Both the position numbers and the translations under genes were made by a program. Source: Craspedostauros australis (Eukaryota). Taken from it: a stretch of DNA of 47,771 bases. Each line of letters opens with the position of its first letter. Position 1 is the first letter of the stretch. Below, one piece after another: positions 11,155 through 21,508 of this stretch. The stretch spans positions 1 to 47,771 of the forward strand of contig JALAGF010004960.1 in assembly GCA_030167865.1 (NCBI GenBank). Reading direction: 5' to 3'. A model generated the notes under the pieces. That model saw nothing but the letters and a program-made list of their open reading frames with translations. It was not told the origin of the DNA and made no database searches.

Positions 11155-12029
11155 TGCGGCGGCGTTGCGCGCGGTCAGCCGGATAGATCAGGTCAGAGTT
11201 GAGCAGAGGGGTGGAAGCAGGAGTATGGAGGGCACGATCTATGACAATGACACGGCTGTGCGTTCCTGTTGCCCATGTATCGCCTGCCTCTTGTAGATTT
11301 TCTTGATGTGGTGGTGTTTCGAATTCCATCCTCAAAGACCGTGACTCAGCACAACACAAGACTCGATTGCCCTCGTTTGTCCTCCAAATCACTGTGACAT
11401 CCACCATGTCTCATCGATGTCGTACTTCACGGCAGCAAAACTGCACAGCACAGCCAAGCAGCATTGAATCCTGGACTGAACGAGTCCTGTGTCATGTTGT
11501 TTTCGAGCTGTGCAATTTTGTGTTGCAAGCAGTCGGTGCAGTCAAAGCAGGAAAGGAAACGTGAGGAAGGAAGCACAAATCGCACCTTCCTGCATGCATT
11601 ATTGTTTAACGACGAATGCAACAAATGTCACATTGTTTGTCGCAAGCGACTTGTATACAATTGGATTTCTGTTGCTGCGACACGGCGGGTACAACAATTC
11701 GTGCATGGCACCATTCCTGCACAGTGTTGTGCAGGTTTCAGTTTCCTGCACAGCACGAAAACGTGGCAATTGGCGTCGCGTGAAAGAGCACAAAGGAGGA
11801 GCACCGCCTTGTTTTTGCTGCACCGTCCCTCCAACCTCCTCACAATTTGCAAACCGACAACATCGGCAACATCCATCACACATGTCCATGTCCATACTCA
11901 TAACATACCATACCATGATATGACATGACATACTACGCTCCCCCTTGTGCTTGACTCCGAGAGAGGCGCACTCACAAGCGTGATGAGGACGACAACAGTT
12001 CTGCCATGAGGGAAGCCTTGACGAGAACA

Positions 12030-12860
12030 ATGGGGGGCTACGTCAGGAGCGTGATGGTGCCTCACGCAAGAAACAGCCGGAATGTGCTGTTGGGGACGTG
12101 CTGCTAGTCATGTTGGTGGCACGAGACGCGACTGGCACCCGCAGAGAGCTCTGGGAAAAGGCCAGTGTCCCAACGAAGCGCCCCCTTCATTGATGTGGAC
12201 AGCCGAATGCGAAGCTACGTGCACAACGAGAGACCACGAAGATGGTGCTCTCCATGCAACATCCAGGCAGCTTGCACCACACCACGAATCAGCAACGATT
12301 TCACACAGAGCAACCACACGCGTGACGCTATCATGCAGGATGCTATCACATCGGTGCTCCCATGTCTGTGGACACAAGGAGACGAAACGGAGCATCTTCC
12401 GCACACGCCCCGGTGCATGCACGAACGCGCTCCCTCAGCGGTTGCGCCGCATCTTCCAACGTGACACACTTGGGAGCACTGCATGCGCTGCGCTACGACC
12501 GACGGTTGAGATTCAACGAGCGTTCACATGGGGAATCTTGCCACTGCACCAAACAGACAGTTGATTCGGACAGGATGGAGAGCTCAAGACTCGTGCACAA
12601 CGGACACGCTGAGAAACTTTGCATGACACAACCGTCTTTTGCAACGCAGGGCTTTCCAAGCACGCGAGATGACAACGGGCGAACCACAGACGAAAGGCAA
12701 GTACGAGCATGGACGAGCTATGCAAAACACTGCACAAGAGAACAGAGCGAAGGTATCGCATCAGGTGCTCTGGCACGAAACAGAAGGGATTTGGAGGTGC
12801 TGGGAGACACGAGCACTGGATGGTGGAGGAGCAACGGATGAGCAACACAACGCGGTGTTC
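12030..12860 (+). mobile_element. Degenerate non-LTR (LINE-like) retrotransposon relic: RNase H and C-terminal region
   Basis: Frameshifted fragments in the expected order: DGAS..GMCCW (SDGs..G..gW), GKGQCP...WTAECEA (GxG..P..SyRAE), SHVCGHK (HVkGHq), TVDS..GWRA (t.d.IdW.a), VLWHETEGIWRCW (LW....iW..RN). No intact ORF. Boundaries approximate. Confidence 0.5.
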
Positions 12861-13601
12861 TGGAGACGCAACATCACAACCATGTCACCGCGGAAGGAGG
12901 CGGAAGCTGGAGTTGCACGCAGCATCGGCCTTTCCTGCATGATGTAAAGTCCATTCAGAAGTCCCCCAAGATTGCAAACACTCTTTCGCCTCTCACGCCA
13001 CGATCAGGATCATCGCGAAGTCATGCAGCATCAACCCTCATGCAGTCTCGCACGCGCCTCCCAGTTCCTGTTCGTGTTGCTATTCGTGGCCTTCTCGCTG
13101 GAGGGTCAATTTGTCCTGTGCTTGTGCCTGGAGAACTCGGAAACGCGTGTCCGTGTCGTGGGCGACGTCGCACAGAAAAACGTGAACACTTTTCCTGTGT
13201 GTGATTCTGCCGTATGTATTCCATTTAGTCAAAAGCTTGTAGTCAACCTAATCGAACAATACAACGGTCTCAAAATTGCATACAGATGATTTTCGTGGTA
13301 GGGATTGTACAGTATCCTCTGCGTAGAATGGAAACTGCACTGCAGTTTTGGGCCATCCTCGTCTCTTGGATCGACTTTTGCTGTTGTGTTGATGTTGCAC
13401 ACCGTTCTCGTGTGGATGGGGACGAATTTCTGCTCACAAAACCAGCCTCATCACAAACTACAATACGCAATACCACGAGAACAAACAGGGAACCTCCAAC
13501 AAACAACAATCAACCACCAAGCAGGAACCACACACTCATAAATACAACAGCACAATCATCCACATCCACATTCACACACAACAACAGCAGCAACGACAAA
13601 G

Positions 13602-14624
13602 ATGACAGCCATCCCCACAACGATGAACAACATCCACATCACAAAGAAGAAGGCGCCCAAGTCGTCCAGGTACGCCATGAAGATGGCCAAAGGCATGAGC
13701 GGACCGTACCAGCTCGAGAAGCACGACGTCTGCTGCGGCCGCGGCAAGGGGTACTGGAACCATCCAGGCAACCAGGCCTTCCAGAAGATCGTCCAGGCCA
13801 ACGCCCACCGCTACGGCCAGACCACATCGAAGGCAGACAAGAGCCGTCTCGTCGACACCATCGTCAAGAGCATCTTCGGCTCCGGCGGCCGCTTCCTGCG
13901 CCAGGACGCAGCTTCCGGCCTGTGGTTCGACATCGGCGAGACCATGGCGAAGGACAAGACTGGTCACGCCATCCGCGATCACTTGCTCAACCTCAAGAAG
14001 AACCAGGCGAAGAAGGCCATCAAGAAGACCAAGCCAGCCACCAAGAAGCAGGCAAGCAGGTCCAAGAAGCAAGCCGCCGCCAGAGCCGACACGCCCACAC
14101 TGGAGCAAGAGCAGCAGCAGCCGCAGGAGTTCCAGCAGCAGCAAACACCTGCTCCAGCGGCACCACGCAGCAGCAGCGACAGCCGAAGACAGTCCGCCTC
14201 GCAAAGCCTCGACAAGTGCTTCGAGCGCATGCCACTCAGCAGCCTCAAGATCCCAACCTTCACCATGTCCTCCAGCCACTGCCTCGACATGGATCAGAGC
14301 GATCAGGTTCGAAAGATGATCGACACCATCGTCCAGGACGAGGCCTACAAGAACTTGTCCAAGGAAGTCAACCCAAGCGACCTCTCGGAACAGGAGGTCC
14401 TCGAAGTTTGCGAGCTCCTTTCCGAAGAGAACGACGACGACGAGATCAGACCGATCCCGTTCATGAACAATTTCGACGTGACCAGCTGCACCGCGCACAA
14501 CAACGTCTTCGACAGCAACATCATCAGCAGTTACGCCAACTGCAGCAGCAACAACAACCTCTTCAACTTCAACGGCACAGCCAACATCATGCCAACGGAC
14601 TGGCTGAGGCTGAAGCTGCTGTAA
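13602..14624 (+). CDS. DUF6824-domain protein (diatom-expanded, putative DNA-binding)
   Basis: HDVCCGRGKG..NHPGNQAF...Y...KADKS..V..IV......GGRFL.....W..IG...A.DK.GHAIRD is the complete DUF6824 pattern. 340 aa. Confidence 0.85.
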   Translation: MTAIPTTMNNIHITKKKAPKSSRYAMKMAKGMSGPYQLEKHDVCCGRGKGYWNHPGNQAFQKIVQANAHRYGQTTSKADKSRLVDTIVKSIFGSGGRFLRQDAASGLWFDIGETMAKDKTGHAIRDHLLNLKKNQAKKAIKKTKPATKKQASRSKKQAAARADTPTLEQEQQQPQEFQQQQTPAPAAPRSSSDSRRQSASQSLDKCFERMPLSSLKIPTFTMSSSHCLDMDQSDQVRKMIDTIVQDEAYKNLSKEVNPSDLSEQEVLEVCELLSEENDDDEIRPIPFMNNFDVTSCTAHNNVFDSNIISSYANCSSNNNLFNFNGTANIMPTDWLRLKLL

Positions 14625-14980
14625 GCATTCTCGGCGATCGGCAACGATCAGACACCCACACCTACATACACAACACGGCGACTACGATGATCAACCACAG
14701 TGATCACGCGCACGCCGAGGACAACCATCAAAGCAAAGCAAACAACAACGATGGACCGCAAACACAATTAGCGTGTGACACCATACGAGTAGACTGTGCA
14801 GATAGACAAGTAAAAGAGAATAGTTTTGAACAAAACGTACACTCCACACCAAAGCCAAACCAAAACCGTATCGTTCCCGTTTCAACAGTACCGGCTTGCT
14901 GCATCGCACAGCCTCCGCGCCTGGTTTCATGCGGGCACTCGCGCAGAGTGTGGCGCAACATCATGGAACGGGCGTGCGCT

Positions 14981-17399
14981 CTACTCGGTGTTCATGAAGA
15001 CATACTTCGTCTCCAAGTACTCGTCGATGCCCATGGGGCTGCCCTCGCGTCCCAACCCGCTCTCCTTGACTCCGCCGAACGGTGCGACGGCTGTGCTGAA
15101 GACTCCTTCGTTGATGCCCACCATCCCGCTTTCGAGCCTTTTCCGCGAAATTGTGATTTGGTGGATCACGCAATTTGGTCGTTGCGCAATGCGGACATTT
15201 TCGGACGCAAAATAATGCATGGCAATGCGGCGTCGTTATGTCGATGACATGGGTCAATACCGTATCGTGAGTTCGAGTTAAATGATTGATACCATGAAAA
15301 CTGTATGAGCTGGTTTCTCATTTTCACATAAGGCCAAATTGGTCGCAATGTTGAATTGAGAAGCCAACACGGTATTCGTCACATAAGGCTGTGCAGAATG
15401 GAAATGTATCATGACGCAACGAACAACTCAGCTGTTCACACAGAAATGACCCTCATCAACCGCTGCAAACCAAGCACAGACAACAACACCAATCACAACC
15501 AAACCCAAAGCATCAAGATCGACATCGACATCGACATCCACTCACTTTTGGGAGACGCGGAGAGCACGCTTGAGGTCCTTGGTGCAGAAGTATGCTGCCA
15601 GGCCGACATCCACGTCGTTGGCCACCTCGATCGCCTCCTCCTCGGTCTTGAACGAGACGATGCTGGCCACAGGACCGAAAGTCTCCGTCGTCCAGATGTC
15701 GCTCGTGGTGTTGACGTTCTTGAGCAGAGTGGGCGCGTAGAACTGAGGGCCGAGATCTGTCATCGGCTCGCCGCCCAGCAAGCATTCGGCGCCGTCCTCG
15801 ATGGCGGCCTTTACCTTGGCATCGACACTTTGCATGGCGGCCTCGGTGATCATCGGGCCGACCTTGGTGTTGGGGTCAATGCCAGGGCCGATTGCCAGCT
15901 TTTGCGTCTCATCGACGAACAGGTCACAGAACTCATCGTAAATCGACTCGTGGATCATGAAACGGTCCGCGCAGACGCACGTCTGTCCCGTGTTGCGGAA
16001 CTTGGATATGACGGCCGCGCTGACGGCTTGTTCCAGATCCGCATCCTCAAACACGATGAAGGGTGCGTTGCCGCCCAGTTCCATCGACACGCGCTTGACG
16101 GTTTCGCTGCTCCATTGCAAGAGCTGCTTCCCCACCTTGGTGGATCCTGTGAAGCTGATCTTTCGCACCTTGGGATTCTCGCACATCTCCTTGCCAACCT
16201 CCGGTGTGGTCTCCGTACTGGCGGTGACCAGGCGGAATACATCGTGTGGGATGCCAGCTCGGTTCGCCAGGTTCTTGAGCGCGATCGCTGTCATCGGTGT
16301 CAACTCGCTCGGTTTGACGATCGCTGCACATCCAGCAGCAATGGCGGGTGCCACCTTGCGAGTGATCATGGCGGCCGGAAAGTTCCATGGACTGCGACGC
16401 GCACCGAAGAAAAGAAAGTTGCGATGATCAATGGAATACGCAAGTTGAATGATGGTGTGAGTGAGAGTGTGGTGAGTGCATATATCTGTGCTGGCCATGC
16501 CTTTGCATGTGGTTGCCAAGCATATTTTACCACCATGCGGAAGCCGCCGTTGCTGTTCAAACTGTGCGGACTGCTCATACACAGCATACACACATACATC
16601 GTGCATACATATGCATGCACAATTCCACTCACGTGATCATTCCGGCCACGCCGACGGCCTGATGGATGGCCATGAGCTGTCCTCTGGGACCACCGTCCGA
16701 ATCGGAAAACGGCGACGGCACCATAAACCCACCGCCGGAGCTGGTCGGACGTGCGGCCTCACCCGCGTAGTAGTCCAGGAAAGACGCCGCAAAGCCCACC
16801 TCCGCCAACGACTCCTTGTAAGGTTTGCCAGATTCCAAGGTCATGATCGTCGCGATGTCATCGGCATTCTCCTGAATCAGCTCTCCCCACTTCCTCAACA
16901 GCTTGCCCCGCACAGCAGCCGTCGTGAAGTCCCTCCACATGGGAAGGTACACCTCCGTTTGTCGAATGATCTCCTTGGCGTCGCGGTCCTTCATGATGGG
17001 AACCTGCGCCACGAGACTTTGATCAACTGGATTGCGAACATCGAAGTAGCCGTGGCTGGACAGCAGCAGCTCGAGGCTCACGAGAGATCGGTCGTTCAGT
17101 TTGACCTCATCCGTGCTGGGAACGAATCGGATGAAGTACTCCGATGCGTCTATCGTGTACGAGAAGCGCCTTGTGTCGCAGAACGCGGTGCGCGCGTGGA
17201 TCGTGCCTGTTCTCGCAGTTTGGCGATGCGACGTCGCGGAGGGCAGGAAGCTCCTTGCCAGCGGAAGTAGCATGAAGGCGTCCACGGCGATCAGGTGTCG
17301 CCCCAGGGAGCTCGTGGCCATCATCGCGTGAGATCCGTGAACGATGAGCGTCAGGGCAGCGAAGACTGCTTTGGCTGGTGTTGCCAAACGTGATGGCAT
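14981..17399 (-). CDS. SSADH: Succinate-semialdehyde dehydrogenase (ALDH5-type); exons 17399-16633, 16391-15546, 15137-14981 (589 aa)
   Basis: ITPWNFP spans the first splice junction. Motifs [24 protein letters not shown] (catalytic Glu), [11 protein letters not shown] (catalytic Cys), [24 protein letters not shown] introns keep the frame (1770 nt). Confidence 0.93.
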
Positions 17400-18933
17400 T
17401 GCGTTGGAATGAATAACCGGGGGTGGCTGTCGTTCTCGTTGCTGATTCTGATTCTGCTACTGCTGTTGCTGCTGCTCTCTCTCCTGTTGCTGTTGGTGGT
17501 GACGTACACTTTGCGGCTGCGGCGATGCTTCGGATACCACCCTCAAGAGTTGACTGTGGCTGGGTGCGCTGACACTGATGACACTGATGGCAATGATGAC
17601 AATGATGACAATGATGGCGACAGTAAGGCTGGTGTGGCTATGGCTGTTTGGGTGAGTTTGCACGAGTATGATGGAGGCATCAACGCTGGCAACAATGGGG
17701 ATGATGCTGTGCGATGATGCTGTGTGAGGGTTCTGGTTTGTCTTTTGATTTGGTTTCGGATTGATGTGTCTGTGTTGATGGGTGGTGGCGTCACTCTTTT
17801 GTGTGTGGGAAGTATCTTTGATCCAATCGACCCATTCGTTTCAACTCGCTCCGATTCGCGAGTCCACCACGAATGATTTTCGTAGCGAGACGCGAAAGCT
17901 AAGGTACAGGAGTGCAGAGGTATTCGCAAAGCACTTCGGCGCTGTGTTGCGATCCAAGGTCATTGCGATGCGCAACAACGGTGCCCAATGCGATGCGATG
18001 CCAAGCAAGAGAGAGAGAGAGACAAACGGACGGCCGAACATCGGGCCTACCGAGCCGATTTGAGTTGGTGTCAAAAAATGCTGGACCGAAGATCATTCGC
18101 TCTACTCGACATACCTTTGTGTCTGATGTGCAGTTGCGCTCGCTGTGCAATTGTGGGGTATAGAGTACAATATCTATTTACATATGGCCTTGCCATTCAG
18201 ATAGAGCGAGGTGCTCTCTGTTGCCTACCCACCATCGGCGCTGCAGTGCATCTGCGCTCGAAGCTGGCTGCTGCATTCAAGTCATGCACGGTGTCGTGAA
18301 TGGAAGAGCAGGTTGCTGACTTGCTGACCAAAGAAAGGGGTGACTGTCCCACTTGCGTGTGGCGACGCTCATGGTCTCGTTGTTGCAGTGCCATCGACGA
18401 ATCATCTTGGATGTGCTGGACCGCGCCCAAATTGCACACCGCCAAAAGGTTGCGCACATCTGATTCGATGTGACAACTCCATATGGTGGAGCTCTGAGCG
18501 GTTGTGCATTCAACGTCCGCAGTGCGTTGGTATGGTGCAAACTCCGAGTTGCATCAACGGTGCGTCGCAGAATTCCATCACCTTGAGGTACACGCCATTG
18601 GAGACGGTGAATGGAAGTTGCGGATCGCACGACGGGATATTCATTTGAGTGGAACTGGCACAGAGTTGGCAGAGCGTCCCGTCTCGAATCTACTCATTCA
18701 TGTCGCCGATTCTTCCGTCCGTCCACCCATTTGATGTCCGGGTTTAAATAACGTGTCCAGATAGACGGTAAGCTTCCATCTGCAAATCGCGAACGTATGG
18801 TACGTCAAAGATATGTATGGAGTTCCACTTGTCCATCGGCTGCGCACTCATCCTAGATGGAGCACGAATAGAAGCTTCACAGCTTGTTTGTGACGCATAC
18901 AGAGTCTCCGCCCAGCTCTAACCATGGTCTGCA

Positions 18934-19458
18934 TCATCTCGTGAGCTCCACCTGCGGTGGTTGCTGCCCTCCCGAGTTTTGTCGTTCGAGCCGACTGATA
19001 CGGATCTCACGTCGCAGAAAGACGACGGCCTCGTACAGGAAGAACAGACCGACGATGCTCAACCCCACGGCCATGAACACGAATTCGTTCTGATCGAAAT
19101 CCAATTCGTCCACCGTCTCGTCGCCGCCGTTGGCTCCCACCAGCGCGGACTGGCTCGACGCCAACGACAGATTCGCGGCATCGGCCGAACTCGTCGACGA
19201 CGAAATGCCTTCATCTGCTCCACGCACGCCTGGTGCCACGGGATCCTCGTTTGTGATCTCGCACGCGAATTGCAGCGGGCACGACTCCATGACTGCGATC
19301 ATCTGGCATCCCTGCTCGACCAGCGATCGGCAAGCGTCCCAATTGTCTTGATTCATGCATGCGTCGGAAGGACTGCCGCATTGCGACGCAGCCAGTGAGG
19401 CTTGGGATGCATTCATCGTGTTCTGTGCGGTCCTGCTCGTGAGCGTTGCTCCCTTCAA
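18934..19458 (-). CDS. Small single-pass membrane protein with a six-Cys module; 5' end unresolved
   Basis: CGSPSDACMNQDNWDACRSLVEQGCQMIAVMESCPLQFAC, Ser/Ala-rich linker, TM (FVFMAVGLSIVGLFFLYEAVVFL), basic short tail. Confidence 0.6.
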   Translation of the reverse strand: MKGATLTSRTAQNTMNASQASLAASQCGSPSDACMNQDNWDACRSLVEQGCQMIAVMESCPLQFACEITNEDPVAPGVRGADEGISSSTSSADAANLSLASSQSALVGANGGDETVDELDFDQNEFVFMAVGLSIVGLFFLYEAVVFLRREIRISRLERQNSGGQQPPQVELTR

Positions 19459-20542
19459 TCAGTCTCCGGGTCGTCCTCTCTGCTTCCTGGCTTGTGCTTC
19501 AGCGTGGAGGGGTTGGAGATGCTTCTGCGAAGGGATCCGCTTTGTTCTGCTGGGAAACCGAACCAGGCTTGAATCTCCAGGAACCAAATGACGTTCGGTT
19601 CAAGTGCGACCTACGGACAGAGCGCGAAAAGGAGATCGTCGAGTCGATTCGAGTCGAGTGCTCTGATTGGGGTGCGTGGTGTGGCGCGAAGATGCTCTTG
19701 CCACCGACAAGGAAGTGTGGTATGGTGCTTGATCAGATGATGCGAAGTAAAGTGAAGTGGAATCAGAGGAATGCAAGCCAACCGAGGTCAAGTCGAGTAA
19801 GCGCCTCCTGCGCCTCTCTCACAATGGGGCCTTGTGATCGCGCAGTCTCTTTTGTCTCCCTTTTTCCGCTCTGCCTTGCCTTGCTCTCTGGTTTGCCTTG
19901 CGTTGGTTTGGGTTCGTGTCGTGTTGCTCATCGTGCCAACAGTTCCGCCTCCGTTTCTCATTCCGCCAACGTCACGGTCGTGGTGGGCGCAGTTGCAACC
20001 GTTGTCTTCGCGTTCCAGAGGTTGTGTTGACAAAAGGCGCCAAAACACCACGCATCGCATGTCGACGTGCGCGGTAAATGCCGCTTCACGCTAAGTTTTC
20101 TGTCACGATGACCCAGATACGACATGAACTGCGACATCATCATTGGGCACGAACAAACGTTTCGTTCTTCACGAAAACAGACGTGTTCGGATGAGTCGAC
20201 AACTGTTGTCTCTGTATTGACTCATGTGACCAATGATCGGCCCACTTACCGCCATTACCTCGATACTTCTACCGCGATTCTGTACGACGGCGTCCGTCCA
20301 TCCATCAGGAGGAAACGTCGAAACTGCCCCGACAACAGGAACAGCAACAGAGTTGGCGCCAGCAAGAGTGCAAGCGGTTGCTCGTCTTGGTCTCTCTCTC
20401 TCCACCAAGAAGCAGCTCTCTTGCCTCTTGCTGATCAGCACCGCCAACAGCGACAGCCGCAACAGCATCATCACCATCGACATCCTCTCCAGGAACACTA
20501 TCACGAGAAAGTCACCGGGAAACCGAAGAAGAACGATTCACC

Positions 20543-21262
20543 ATGGTGCGTCGACCGAAGCCGGATGAGGAGAGATGTGATGTCGATACGAGGCGCGACG
20601 AACGAATAGATAGATAGGGTTGATCTGTTGAGGAAGCTCTAGCCGCAGGATGTCATGGCATGATGGACAGCGCTATCGTCGATCTTCCACTTTGAACTGT
20701 GTGTGATGCGCGTTGCAATACGCATCAGAGTTTGCAACGACCCATGCAACGAAGAAACAAGTGATCTAACAGCATGTTACACGCCCCCTTGCCTCAATCT
20801 TGCCATCTCCGCAAACCTCGTACTGTGGCAAATGAACCGATTCGGACGATGTCGGAATGACGAAACCAATTGACGCAATCAACATGACGATAAAACACCA
20901 CAATACAACGCAACCACGATGAACAGGCCGCTAAAGTCCAACAAAAGTCGAAGGAGCAGAAAATGGCCGCCGCCATGGCCGGCGGTAAGGGCAAGAAGAA
21001 AAAATGGTCCAAGGGAAAGTCCCGTGATCAGGTCGACAACAAGGTGCTCTTCAGCAAGGAGCAGCATGACCGCTTCCACGCCGAGGTCCCAAAGATGAAG
21101 CTTATCACTGTCAGTTCCGTCGTCGAGAAGCTGAAGATCAACGCAGGACTCGCCCGAAGAGCCCTCAGAGATCTCGCCGAGGACGGTAAGATCCGACCAG
21201 TCCTCATCTCGCGTGCCCAGCGCATCTACACACGTAACGTCACAGAGGAGGACGACGCGTAA
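20543..21262 (+). CDS. RPS25: 40S ribosomal protein S25; exons 20543-20545 (ATG only) and 20927-21262
   Basis: KKKKWSKGK...VPKMKLIT.S.V.EKLKINAGLAR.AL..L...G...IYTR. ATG|GTGCGT donor and AACAG| acceptor restore MAAKVQQKSKEQK. Confidence 0.93.
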
Positions 21263-21508
21263 ACTAGAGCATTCTAACAATACAAAACAAGCACTAGAGA
21301 GAGAGAGAGCATACTCTATCGCACTCGTACTGAGCCCGGCTGTAATGTGATGTGGTAGGATTCGCTTGCGAGGTTGTCATCGCGGGCTGATTGGGAAGCC
21401 TGCGGGTCTCCAGAGAGGCTGAATGCTGATAGACCAACACGCTTCCAATCACTTGCAATGCCGGCTATGGGAATACTCGTACGAGTACTAACTATTGTAC
21501 AGTGTTAT

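Noticed and set aside
12940-13180. Minus-strand AILGDF fragment resembling a LINE endonuclease GDxN motif
   Set aside because: Needs several frameshifts, is opposite in orientation to the RNase H relic, and is too short to support.
13286-15247. 653-aa + strand ORF
   Set aside because: Alternative frame of the DUF6824 gene running antisense into SSADH; no motifs of its own.
15356-16636. 426-aa ORF antisense to SSADH (likewise 1022-2320, 25785-26570, 39378-40322, 41212-42120)
   Set aside because: Shadow ORFs expected from GC-rich codon usage of the real gene on the other strand.
17409-17717. Leu-rich ORF resembling a membrane protein
   Set aside because: Produced by (CTG/TTG/GAT)n simple repeats in the SSADH upstream region.
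19459-19461. In-frame TGA upstream of the Cys-rich ORF as possible selenocysteine or readthrough
   Set aside because: The upstream frame has no signal peptide or motif and no SECIS was identified. An intron or downstream start is simpler.
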